A stretch of DNA of 40,777 nucleotides from an uncultured Enterobacteriaceae bacterium (GCA_964407355.1 CAYOVM010000003.1:1-40777), one strand, 5' to 3'. Numbered from the stretch's first letter, positions 26,008 to 34,525 are shown. Translations and numbers: made by a program. Notes: generated from the sequence alone by a model not told the origin.

Positions 26008-26979
26008 TCAGCGCACCGTCTTGACGCCGGCCTCCTGGAGGATGCCGCGCATGCGCTCCGTGAATTCGCCGTAGAACTTCCCGAGATCCGCGGCGTTCTG
26101 ATAGCCGTTCTCGAACTGGTTCTCCTGCAGGTACTTGCGCCAGGACTCGGAGCGCGAGAGCTTCAGGAAGACCTCTTCCCAGTACGCGACGTTCTCCCTC
26201 GGGATTCCGGGCGGCGCGACCACGCCGCGCACCTGCGGCACCGCCTCCACGTCGAAGCCCGCCTCCTTCAGCGTCGGCACGTCGGGGAACCCGGACAGGC
26301 GCGTGCCGCTTATCTGCGCGAGCGCGCGCATGTTGCCGGCGCGGATGTGCTCGCCGATCTCGGAAGGCTCGATGACCATCATGTTGACGTGCCCGCCGAG
26401 CAGCGCCGCCATGCGCTCGCCGCCGCCCGGGAACGAGATGAAGGCCCAGCGCGCGCCGGTGTGCTTTTGCAGCTGCTGCCGGACCACGTTGTCGCGGCTG
26501 GTGATCGAGCCGCCCGACTGCTTGAGCTGTCCGGGATTTTTCTTCGCGGCGTTAATGAAGTCTGCGAGCGTCTTGTAAGGCGCGTCGGCCTTCACGGCGA
26601 TCAGCGCCGGCTCGAGCACCAGGCGCGCGACGGGCGTGAGATCGCGCAGCGTGACCTTCGCCTCGGCGCTGGTGAGCGGCGTGGTCAGCCAGACGCCGGT
26701 GAAAAAGCCGAGGGTGTGCGCATCGCCCTTCTTCTCGGCGAGGTAGGCCGCGGCGGTCGCGGAGCCGCCGCCGGTCTTGTTCACCACCTGCAGGCGCACC
26801 GGCAGCAGCTTCTCCTTCTCCATCATGATCGCCACGGCGCGCGCGAGCAGGTCGCTGCCCCCGCCCGGGCCGGTATGCACCACGACCTCCACCGGCTTGG
26901 TCGGCTTGAAGCCTTGCGCCGCCGCAATTTGTGAAGCTGAAGCACCAATCAGAAACGACAAAAACAGACCCGCTTTCAT
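26008..26979 (-). CDS. tctC: Tripartite tricarboxylate transporter substrate-binding protein TctC
   Basis: MKAGLFLSFLIGASASQIAAAQG is a signal peptide. SD GAGGAGGAG lies 4 nt upstream of ATG 26979, which is 17 nt after the tctA stop. It is a paralogue of 22182-23162. Confidence 0.85.
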   Translation of the reverse strand: MKAGLFLSFLIGASASQIAAAQGFKPTKPVEVVVHTGPGGGSDLLARAVAIMMEKEKLLPVRLQVVNKTGGGSATAAAYLAEKKGDAHTLGFFTGVWLTTPLTSAEAKVTLRDLTPVARLVLEPALIAVKADAPYKTLADFINAAKKNPGQLKQSGGSITSRDNVVRQQLQKHTGARWAFISFPGGGERMAALLGGHVNMMVIEPSEIGEHIRAGNMRALAQISGTRLSGFPDVPTLKEAGFDVEAVPQVRGVVAPPGIPRENVAYWEEVFLKLSRSESWRKYLQENQFENGYQNAADLGKFYGEFTERMRGILQEAGVKTVR

Positions 26980-26996
26980 GAGGCTCCTCCTCGTTG

Positions 26997-28508
26997 TCAT
27001 GGGTCCTGCTCGAGCGCTTGAAGGCGCCAGGCATTGACCTTTGTGAATACAGGAATCAGCAGAATCAGCAGCGCGAGCGCCAGCATCACGGCGGAGATCG
27101 GCCGCGACACCAGGATCGAAAGCTGACCGTCCGACATCATCAGCGACTGGCGCAACGCGCGCTCCATGGCGCCGCCGAGGACAAGGCCCAGGACCAGCGG
27201 CGCCGAAGGATAGTCGAGCCTGCGCATCAGGTAGCCGACGAGGCCGAACGCGGCGAGCAGGCCGAGGTCGAACAGGCTGCTCGAGGTGCTGTAGACGCCG
27301 ACGATCGAGATGCCGAGGATCAGCGGATACAGCACGTACTGCGGCGTGCGCAGCACCTGCGCGAAGAGCGGCACGAGCGGCACGTTCAGCACGAGCAGCA
27401 TCACGTTGCCGATGTACATGCTCGCCACCAGGCCCCAGAACATCGAGGGATTCTCCGAGATGAAGAGCGGACCGGGCTTGAATCCCCAGAGGACGAGCGC
27501 GGCGAGCAGCACCGCGGTCGTGCCCGAGCCCGGAATGCCGAGCGTGAGCAGCGGCACCAGCGCGCCGCCGGTCTCGGAGTTGTTCGCGCCCTCGGGCGCC
27601 GCCACGCCTTCCACCACGCCGCTGCCGAACTGCTCGGGGCGCCGCGACACCGCTTTTTCGACGCCATAGGAGATGAACGAGGCGATCGTCGACCCGGCCC
27701 CCGGCAGCACGCCGATCAGGAAGCCGATCACCGAGCCGTTGGCGAACGCGAACCGGCAGTCCTTCAGGTCCTGAAGCGTGGGCAGCAGGTTGCGCAGGCC
27801 CTTGGGCACGGGCAGCAGGCGGGCCTCCCCGGGCGTCTCCAGGCCGGCGAGGACCTCGCCGATCGCGAACACGCCGATGGCGACGACGACGAAATCGACG
27901 CCCGAGAGAAGCTCGATGCGGCCGAAGGTGAACCGCGACGTGGTGCTGAACAGATCGGTGCCGATGCCGGCGATCCACAGGCCGACGAGCATCGAGAGCA
28001 GCGCCTTCACCATGGAGCGCCCGGCGAGCAGCACCACCATCGCGAGGCCGAGCGCCATCAGCGCGAAATACTCCGGCGAGCTGAAGGCGAGCGCCATTTT
28101 CGCGAGCGGCGGCGCGACCAGCATGAGTCCCAGCACGCCGACGGTCCCGGCGACGAAGGAGGCGATCGCCGCGATGCCGAGCGCCGCGCCGGCGCGGCCG
28201 TTCCGAGCCATCGCGTAGCCGTCGAGGCAGGTCACCACCGAGGCGGACTCGCCCGGCACGTTGAGCAGGATCGACGTGGTGGAGCCGCCGTACTTGGCGC
28301 CGTAGTAGATGCCCGCGAGCATGATCATGGCGCTCGCCGGATTCATCAGGAACGTGAGCGGCAGCAGCATCGCGATGGTCGCCGGCGGCCCGAGGCCGGG
28401 CATGATGCCCACCACGGTGCCCAGAACGGCGCCGACCAGGCACCACAGCAGGTTCGCCGGCTGCAGCGCCACCGCGAATCCCTGCATCAGCCCGGAGAGG
28501 ATGTCCAC
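26997..28508 (-). CDS. tctA: Tripartite tricarboxylate transporter large permease TctA
   Basis: 503 aa polytopic protein with TctA motifs (GIMPGLGPPATIAMLLP, YYGAKYGGSTTSILLNVPGE, GVLPGAGSTIASFISY). Confidence 0.92.
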   Translation of the reverse strand: MDILSGLMQGFAVALQPANLLWCLVGAVLGTVVGIMPGLGPPATIAMLLPLTFLMNPASAMIMLAGIYYGAKYGGSTTSILLNVPGESASVVTCLDGYAMARNGRAGAALGIAAIASFVAGTVGVLGLMLVAPPLAKMALAFSSPEYFALMALGLAMVVLLAGRSMVKALLSMLVGLWIAGIGTDLFSTTSRFTFGRIELLSGVDFVVVAIGVFAIGEVLAGLETPGEARLLPVPKGLRNLLPTLQDLKDCRFAFANGSVIGFLIGVLPGAGSTIASFISYGVEKAVSRRPEQFGSGVVEGVAAPEGANNSETGGALVPLLTLGIPGSGTTAVLLAALVLWGFKPGPLFISENPSMFWGLVASMYIGNVMLLVLNVPLVPLFAQVLRTPQYVLYPLILGISIVGVYSTSSSLFDLGLLAAFGLVGYLMRRLDYPSAPLVLGLVLGGAMERALRQSLMMSDGQLSILVSRPISAVMLALALLILLIPVFTKVNAWRLQALEQDP

Positions 28509-28514
28509 GCGCCG

Positions 28515-28973
28515 CTAGAAGCCGAAGACGCCGATGGGAAGCTGGACGCCCAGCGCCAGCGGGAAGAGGAGATAGAAGCCGGCCGCCAGCGCCGCGGCGA
28601 CGGTTGCCGCCGCGGCGAGGCGGCGGCGGAACAGGAACGCCACGATGAAGAGCGTAAGCGCGGCAAAGCTCAGCACGAAACCGAGCAGCTTGAAGGCGCC
28701 GACCGACGCCGCGAGGGCCGCCCAGGCCGCGAGCGCCCGCCCGATCCTGCGCCAGTCGGCGCGGCCGGTATCGGCGCTGCGCGCGCGCGACGCGCTGGAA
28801 ATCACGAGCGCGGCCGAGAGCACGACCATCGCCACGCCGTACCAGATCGGGAAGAATCCCGGGCCGGGCCCGTCATCTCCGAGGTACTCCCACTGCCGGG
28901 CCTGGACGACGATGTACGCGCCCAGCGCGGCCAGCGCGAGCCCGGACCAGAAGTCCGCGGGCCGGCTTCTCAT
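28515..28973 (-). CDS. tctB: Tripartite tricarboxylate transporter small membrane protein TctB
   Basis: 152 aa, 4 TM (MRSRPADFWSGLALAALGAYIVV..FFPIWYG..). It sits immediately upstream of tctA. ATG 28973 is 2 nt after the VOC gene stop. Confidence 0.8.
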   Translation of the reverse strand: MRSRPADFWSGLALAALGAYIVVQARQWEYLGDDGPGPGFFPIWYGVAMVVLSAALVISSASRARSADTGRADWRRIGRALAAWAALAASVGAFKLLGFVLSFAALTLFIVAFLFRRRLAAAATVAAALAAGFYLLFPLALGVQLPIGVFGF

Positions 28974-28975
28974 GG

Positions 28976-29446
28976 CTACTTCTTCTTGCCCTTCGCCTTC
29001 CGGGCTTTCTTCGCTTTCGCTTTCCTGGCGCCCGCCTTCGGCTTGGCCTTGACCTTGGCCTTCGCGGGTTGCCTGTAGCGGCCGCCGGGCACGAGCTCGC
29101 AGACCGTGCCGCCGGGCGCGCGGAACTTGACCGGGATCACGCCCGGATCGCTGATGATCTGGCAGCCGTATTCCTGCACCTGCCGGGTGGCGGCGAGGAT
29201 GTCGTCGACCTCGACCGCGAAGTGATGGATGCACGGCCCCTCGCCCGCCGCCCGCGACTCCGCCGACTGCGTGCCGGCGTCGTACTTGATCAGCGCGACG
29301 TCGAGCTGGCCGTCGCTCAGGTGGCGTGAAGTGTGGTCGCGCACCTTCTCGGTGTTCATCTCGACGAAGCCGAAGACCTTCTGGTAGAACTCGGTGGTGC
29401 GCTCGAGGTCCTCGACCTTGAGCGCGAGATGCACGATGCGGTTCAT
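28976..29446 (-). CDS. VOC (glyoxalase/bleomycin-resistance/dioxygenase) family protein with a Lys/Ala-rich basic C-terminal tail
   Basis: MNRIVHLALKVEDLERTTEFYQKVFGF...HHFAVEVDD...G is a VOC fold (~125 aa). It is followed by PAKAKVKAKPKAGARKAKAKKARKAKGKKK. Confidence 0.75.
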   Translation of the reverse strand: MNRIVHLALKVEDLERTTEFYQKVFGFVEMNTEKVRDHTSRHLSDGQLDVALIKYDAGTQSAESRAAGEGPCIHHFAVEVDDILAATRQVQEYGCQIISDPGVIPVKFRAPGGTVCELVPGGRYRQPAKAKVKAKPKAGARKAKAKKARKAKGKKK

Positions 29447-29478
29447 GATTTCTCCCGGGTTATCCGTCAGCCCGCCGG

Positions 29479-30819
29479 TCAGGCGCGCAGCAACGGCCTC
29501 AGCTTACACATATCGTCGAGCCTTTCCAGCGCCCAGACAGCGTCGCACAGCCTGCGCGCCCGGGACTTGCCGAGGATCGGCGCGACGAGATCGTAGCTCT
29601 TCGCGTCGACCTCGGCGCGCGTCATCGGGTTCTCGGCGGTGCCGCGCACGGCGCGGGTATGGTGCCGCAGCTCGCGGCCGTCGCGCAAGCGGAGCTCGAC
29701 GATGCCCTCGCGGCTCGGCATGGCGCGGGTGAGCGCGTCGTCGCCCCGGAGGGTGATCTTCTTCCTCAGCGCGAGGACCTTAGGATCGCGCATGCGCTTC
29801 TCGTCGTGCGACGACTTGAAGCTCACGCCGCCGTCGAGCAGCATCACCGCGCACAGGTGCTGCATGCAGATATCCGGCATGGAGCGGTTGTCGACCGTGT
29901 TCGCGCCCTGGTGCGCGACGCGAACGGTTAGCTGCTCGACGTCATCCGCTTTCACGTTATTTTGTTTGATTAATTCGAGAAGCGAATCGAGCGGCGCCTG
30001 GATCGGCGAGCCCACCGACCAGCGCTTGATGTTGGCGTTCATGATCTCGTAGGTCTCGCCCAGGCCGCGCGCCAGGACCTCGGGCTGCGGCGAGCGGCCG
30101 TAGGCGACAAAGAAGCTGCGCTCGCCGGCGAAGACGTCCTCGACCCCGGTGAAGCCGTGCGCGACCATGGCGGCGGCGGCGACGCCGTTGCGCGCCGGCA
30201 TGCCGCCGAAATCGAAGGCCTTCTCGATGTGCTCCGGATCGCGCATCCAGCAGGAAACCCCTGACGCCTGTTGCGCCGTATACGAAAGCACATGCCTCGC
30301 CCCGCGTTCATCCACGCCCGCCAGGGCCCCCGCCGCCGCCGCCGCGCCGAACATCGGCCCGAAGCTGTGCGTGGAATGGCCGTCCTCGCGGAACTGATAC
30401 GGGTTGAGCGAGAGGGTCAGCCTGCACCCCACGTCGTAGCCGAGCGCGACCGCGCGCAGCATCGCCTTGCCGTCGCGCCGCTCGCGCTCCGCCATCGCCA
30501 GGGCCGCCGGCACGATGCCGCAGCCCGGATGGGTCAGGGACGGCGCGTGCGAATCGTCGGTCTCGTCGGCGTGGGCGAGCATGCCGTTGGCAAGGGCCGC
30601 ATGCTCGGCCGTGGTAACGAGCCGGCTCCCCGCCACGCAAGCTTCTTTCACGCCGCCGAGCGCGCCGACGTAGGAGATGGCCTTCCTGCCGGGAAGAAGG
30701 CGCGAGCCGGAAACCATCGCGGCGAGCGTGTCGAGGATGTGGTGCTTGGCCTTCTCCGCCACTTCCGGCGGCAGGGGCTTGCGCAATGCACCCGCAACGT
30801 AGCGGCTGAGCTGCCGCAT
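29479..30819 (-). CDS. MmgE/PrpD family protein (2-methylcitrate dehydratase-like fold; substrate unknown)
   Basis: 446 aa. AKHHILDTLAAMVSG, ANGMLAHADETDDSH and HPGCGIVPAALA are typical of MmgE/PrpD. An alternative TTG start at 30855 overlaps the SDR stop (TTGA). Confidence 0.85.
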   Translation of the reverse strand: MRQLSRYVAGALRKPLPPEVAEKAKHHILDTLAAMVSGSRLLPGRKAISYVGALGGVKEACVAGSRLVTTAEHAALANGMLAHADETDDSHAPSLTHPGCGIVPAALAMAERERRDGKAMLRAVALGYDVGCRLTLSLNPYQFREDGHSTHSFGPMFGAAAAAGALAGVDERGARHVLSYTAQQASGVSCWMRDPEHIEKAFDFGGMPARNGVAAAAMVAHGFTGVEDVFAGERSFFVAYGRSPQPEVLARGLGETYEIMNANIKRWSVGSPIQAPLDSLLELIKQNNVKADDVEQLTVRVAHQGANTVDNRSMPDICMQHLCAVMLLDGGVSFKSSHDEKRMRDPKVLALRKKITLRGDDALTRAMPSREGIVELRLRDGRELRHHTRAVRGTAENPMTRAEVDAKSYDLVAPILGKSRARRLCDAVWALERLDDMCKLRPLLRA

Positions 30820-30851
30820 CACGGGCGAAACCGCTGAGGAACCGGGTTCGC

Positions 30852-31628
30852 TCAAGTCAACATCCCGCCGCCGTTCACGTGGATCGACTGGCCGGTGACG
30901 TAGCGCGCGTCGGGACCGCACAGCATGCGCACCATCGCGGCGACCTCCTGCGGCTCGCCGCGGCGGCCCACCGGGGGCAGCGAGCTGCGGTGCTCCGGCC
31001 GCACCGGCGCGCCGGGCAGGCCGCGCACCGTCTCGATCGTTCCGGGGATCACGCAGTTCACCGTGATGTGATGCGGCGCGAAATCGAGCGCGAGCGCGCG
31101 GGTGAGGCCCGCGAGTCCCGCTTTCGCGGCGATGACGTGCGCGCGGCCTTCGGCGCCCTTATGGGCCGTGAGGCCGCCGATATTGAGCACCGTGCCGCCG
31201 CCGGCGCGGATGAGATGGGGCAGGCAGGCCTGGGTGCACAGGAACGCGCCGTCGAGCACCGTGGCGAGGACGTGCCGCCATTCCTCGTAGGTGATCTTCG
31301 CGAACGGCGTCTCGGCGCGCACCGCCGCGTTGTTGATGAGGAAGTCGAGCCGGCCGAACTCGCCGATGGTCGCTTCGACCATGGCCGCTACGCCCTTCGG
31401 ATCGGTGACGTCCGCGAGGCGCAGCGCCGCCCGGCCACCCGCCGACTTGATCATCGAGACCGTCTGCTCGGCCTCGGCGCGCGAGGTGTTGGCGTTGACC
31501 ATCACCGCGGCGCCGCCCGCGGCGAGCGAGCGCGCGATCGCGCGGCCGATGTTGCGCGCGCCTCCGGTCACGAGCGCCACCTTGCCGGCGAGCTCGGTTC
31601 CGGGCGTCATTCCGATGCTGCTCGTCAT
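30852..31628 (-). CDS. Short-chain dehydrogenase/reductase (SDR) family protein, atypical active-site region
   Basis: Rossmann motif KVALVTGGARNIGRAIA, LINNAAV and a PG motif IPGTIET. The catalytic segment reads NIGGLTAHKGAEGRAHVIAAKAG, where the usual Ser and Tyr positions are Gly and Val. Confidence 0.8.
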   Translation of the reverse strand: MTSSIGMTPGTELAGKVALVTGGARNIGRAIARSLAAGGAAVMVNANTSRAEAEQTVSMIKSAGGRAALRLADVTDPKGVAAMVEATIGEFGRLDFLINNAAVRAETPFAKITYEEWRHVLATVLDGAFLCTQACLPHLIRAGGGTVLNIGGLTAHKGAEGRAHVIAAKAGLAGLTRALALDFAPHHITVNCVIPGTIETVRGLPGAPVRPEHRSSLPPVGRRGEPQEVAAMVRMLCGPDARYVTGQSIHVNGGGMLT

Positions 31629-31691
31629 TCGTCAGCCTCCTATTTGCCGCTAGCGTACTAAAAGGACTCGAGCAGGAGGTGAAACGTCGCT

Positions 31692-31714
31692 GGCGTCCCG
31701 CCTGGGGGGACGCC
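31692..31714 (-). terminator. GC-rich hairpin downstream of the GGDEF gene (weak intrinsic terminator candidate)
   Basis: GGCGTCCC (31692-31699) pairs with GGGACGCC (31707-31714) around a 7-nt loop, 5 nt after the stop. On the minus-strand RNA only a short GUUU follows after 7 nt. Confidence 0.35.
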
Positions 31715-31719
31715 CGCGC

Positions 31720-32724
31720 CTAGATCGAACCCGCGCAAACCACCCGGTTGCGGCCGGCTTTCTTGGCGGCGTACATCGCGTCGTCCGCGCGCTTCATCCA
31801 CGAATCGAGCGACTCGGCCGGGCGAAGCTCGCTCACTCCGATGCTCGCGGTCACCTGCCGGCCCTCCAGCAGAGCCGATCCGGCGATGGACGTGCACAGC
31901 TGCTCCGCCAGGGCCTGGGCGTCCGCCTCGCGCGTGTCGGGCAGGAGCAGCATGAACTCCTCGCCGCCGATGCGAAACAGCAGGTCGAGCTTGCGCGCGC
32001 GCTTGCGGATGAGCGAGACGATCGCCGTCAGGACGCTGTCGCCCGTCGCATGACCGAGCTGATCGTTGATGCGCTTGAAGTGGTCGATGTCGATGAGCAG
32101 CACCGAGGCGGGCGCCGTGGTTCGCCGCTGCCGCTCGATCGCTTCCCCCACGCAACGCTCCATGTGGCGCCGGTTGAAGGCCCCGGTGAGCGGATCCACC
32201 GTCGCCTGCGCGAGGAGCCTGCGGTGCAGGTCGCCGATGATGCTCAGCACGATGTTCGCGAGGATGATCGTGAGCGTCAGCGTCATGGAAAACCGGATCG
32301 TGTACGCGAGGCCTATGTAGTAATACACGAGCGAGCTGATGCCGAGGAGCAGCAGCACGCTGCAAACGTTGGCCATGCGGCGGGTCAGGGCGAAAGTAAA
32401 GAGCAGCACCGTCGGATAGGACCACAGCGCGCCCCAGAAGCCCTGGACCTTGAGCGAGATTCCCGTGGCCACCGTCATCGGCACGAGAAGCAGGATCATC
32501 GGAATGGGCGGCGATTTCTTCAGGTAGATCGCGACCGCGTCCACCCCGAGCACCAGCACCCCGCACAGGATGCCGATCCCCAGGCCGGGATTTCCCTGCA
32601 CGAAGGCGTTGACGGAGAAAGGAACGAGGAATACGACCGCGGCGATCGCGATCGTGTACATGATCCGATCGCGATAAAGGGCGAGCGGATCGTCCCCGGC
32701 TTCGACCGGACTTATGCCGCGCAC
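31720..32724 (-). CDS. Membrane-anchored diguanylate cyclase (GGDEF domain, GGEEF active site, RxxD I-site)
   Basis: 334 aa. About 5-6 N-terminal TM helices precede DPLTGAFNRR...IDIDHFKRINDQLGHATGD...RKLDLLFRIGGEEF. GTG 32724 is preceded by GAGGGAGGGAAAG. Confidence 0.88.
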   Translation of the reverse strand: MRGISPVEAGDDPLALYRDRIMYTIAIAAVVFLVPFSVNAFVQGNPGLGIGILCGVLVLGVDAVAIYLKKSPPIPMILLLVPMTVATGISLKVQGFWGALWSYPTVLLFTFALTRRMANVCSVLLLLGISSLVYYYIGLAYTIRFSMTLTLTIILANIVLSIIGDLHRRLLAQATVDPLTGAFNRRHMERCVGEAIERQRRTTAPASVLLIDIDHFKRINDQLGHATGDSVLTAIVSLIRKRARKLDLLFRIGGEEFMLLLPDTREADAQALAEQLCTSIAGSALLEGRQVTASIGVSELRPAESLDSWMKRADDAMYAAKKAGRNRVVCAGSI

Positions 32725-32787
32725 CCTGCTTTCCCTCCCTCTGTCTTCAGTTTATCTTACCCGCCCGCAGACAAAGGAGCACATGCC

Positions 32788-33840
32788 GTGCTTTCACCCG
32801 GAAAACAGTGGCGGGTCGCGCTGGCGGCGGCCCTCGCGGCGCCCGCGCTGGCGCTCGCGCAGGCGGACGATTCGGCCCGGATCATGGAGTACGAAGGACC
32901 CGATCGCGAGCAGGTTCTCGCGCAAGGCGCGAAGAAGGAGGGCGAGGTGGCGGTCTACACCTCGCTCATCGCCGAGGACCTGGCGGCGCTTTCGGCGGCG
33001 TTCGAGCGCAAGTACGGCGTCAAGGTGAAGGGCTGGCGCGCGGGCTCGGAGAAGGTGCTCCAGCGCGCGGTCACGGAGGCGCGCGCCGGCCGCGGCGAGG
33101 CCGACGTCATCGAGACCAACGGTCCCGAGCTCGAGGCCATCTACCGCGAGAAGCTGCTGCAGCCGCTGCGCTCGCCGCACCTGAAGGACCTCATGCCGCA
33201 GGCGGTGCGCCCCCACGGCCACTGGGTGGGCACGCGCATCAACATGTTCGTGCACTCCTACAACACCAACCTCGTGAAGAAGGCGGAGCTGCCGAAGTCC
33301 TACGCCGAGCTCGCGCACCCGCGCTGGCGCGGGCGCCTGGGCATCGAGGCGGAGGACGAGGACTGGTTCGCGATGGTGATCCGGGAGCTGGGCGAGGAAG
33401 GGGGGCTGCGCACCTTCCGCGAGATCGCGCGGGTGAACGGCTTTTCCGTGCGCAGGGGCCACACGCTTCTCGCGGGCCTGGTCGCCGCCGGCGAGATCCC
33501 CTTCGCCCTCACCACCTACAGCCATGGCGCCGAGAAGATGAAGCAAAAGGGCGCGCCGCTCGAGTGGTTCGCCATCGCGCCGGCCATCGGGCGCGCCAAC
33601 GGCATCGCCGTCACCCGCAAGCCCCCGCACCCGCACGCCGCCGCGCTGCTCGCCGATTTCGTGCTCTCGCCCGAGGGCCAGGCGATCCTGCAGAAAGGCG
33701 GCTACGTGCCGGCCAGCCTGCGCGTCGAGGATCGCGCGCAGAAGCTGCCCCTCAAGTTCGTCGATCCCGCGCTCGTCCTCGACGAGGCCCCCAAGTGGAA
33801 GAAGCTCTGGGCCGAGATCGTGCTCGGGACGGCGAAATGA
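32788..33840 (+). CDS. Extracellular solute-binding protein (ABC-type, family-1 / Fe(3+)-like PBP2 fold), orphan
   Basis: GTG 32788 lies 8 nt after AAGGAG. There is a signal peptide (..LAAPALALAQA). A PBP-like sequence follows (VAVYTSLIAEDL...KYGVKVKGWRAGSEKV...VIETNGPELE). ATG 32783 is in a different, Arg-rich frame. No permease or ATPase genes are adjacent. Confidence 0.7.
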   Translation: MLSPGKQWRVALAAALAAPALALAQADDSARIMEYEGPDREQVLAQGAKKEGEVAVYTSLIAEDLAALSAAFERKYGVKVKGWRAGSEKVLQRAVTEARAGRGEADVIETNGPELEAIYREKLLQPLRSPHLKDLMPQAVRPHGHWVGTRINMFVHSYNTNLVKKAELPKSYAELAHPRWRGRLGIEAEDEDWFAMVIRELGEEGGLRTFREIARVNGFSVRRGHTLLAGLVAAGEIPFALTTYSHGAEKMKQKGAPLEWFAIAPAIGRANGIAVTRKPPHPHAAALLADFVLSPEGQAILQKGGYVPASLRVEDRAQKLPLKFVDPALVLDEAPKWKKLWAEIVLGTAK

Positions 33841-34475
33841 CCGGTGCGGATGCACAATCGCTCGACCCTGCGCGCACCTGCCTGCTTCTCTTCGATCTGC
33901 TCGAGGGCCACGTCAACAAGGACGAAGCTTCGCGCAAGCGCTTCGCTCCGGTCATCGTCAATGCCAGGGCCCTGCTCGCGGCGGCGCGAGAGGCGAAAGT
34001 AATGATCGCCTACGCCCACGCCGATCACCGCCCCGACCGCGGCACGAGCGCCCGCACCCTGCGCGATACCGACAACCGGTTGCGCCCGCTGCGCCCCGGC
34101 GAGAGCCCGGAGCCGCTTCTCACGGCCGGCACGCACGAGGCGCGCGTGGTGCGCGAGCTCGCCCCCGGGCCCGCGGACTACCTCGTCCCCAAGCATCGCT
34201 GGAGCGCGTTCCACGGCACCTACCTGGACCTGGCGCTGCGCACGCGCGGCGCGGACACCCTCGTCCTGTGCGGCGGCTCGACCGACGTTGGCGTCGCCGC
34301 CACCGCCTTCGCCGCACGCGACCTCGATTACAACCTCGTGATCGCCTCCGACGCCTGCACATCGCCGGAGCAGGACAATCACGAGCAGCTCATGCGCCGC
34401 GTCTTCCCGCGCATGGCGCGGATCCGGACCACGGCACAGGTGCTCGCGATGCTGCAGCACAGCGCCATGCCGTAG
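33837..34475 (+). CDS. Isochorismatase-family cysteine hydrolase
   Basis: ATG 33837 overlaps the SBP stop (ATGA). LLLFDLLEG, KHRWSAFHGTYLDLALRTRGADTLVLCGGSTDVGVAATAFAARD carries the catalytic Cys context of isochorismatase-like hydrolases. 212 aa. Confidence 0.8.
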   Translation: MTGADAQSLDPARTCLLLFDLLEGHVNKDEASRKRFAPVIVNARALLAAAREAKVMIAYAHADHRPDRGTSARTLRDTDNRLRPLRPGESPEPLLTAGTHEARVVRELAPGPADYLVPKHRWSAFHGTYLDLALRTRGADTLVLCGGSTDVGVAATAFAARDLDYNLVIASDACTSPEQDNHEQLMRRVFPRMARIRTTAQVLAMLQHSAMP

Positions 34476-34488
34476 AAATTCTCGCCCG

Positions 34489-34502
34489 CCAAGGCGCGCC
34501 TT
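34489..34502. repeat. Perfect 14-nt palindrome CAAGGCGCGCCTTG
   Basis: It lies 13 nt after the hydrolase stop and 24 nt upstream of the putative -35 of the next gene. It could be a short hairpin or a dimeric regulator site. Confidence 0.3.
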
Positions 34503-34525
34503 GCACCGCACAACGACAAACAGCG

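Noticed and set aside
26994-29078. 694-aa plus-strand ORF, and the 812-aa minus ORF 26008..28446 upstream of the TctC portion.
   Set aside because: They are highly charged (Arg/Glu/Asp/His/Gln-rich) and low in hydrophobic residues, opposite to or out of frame with tctA and tctB. Only the last 323 codons of the minus ORF (TctC) are credible.
32783-33028. ATG 32783 (MPCFHPENSGGSRW...) as the start of the SBP gene.
   Set aside because: It is in a different frame that gives Arg/Ser/Pro-rich sequence. GTG 32788, in the SBP frame, follows AAGGAG at an 8-nt spacing and yields a proper signal peptide.
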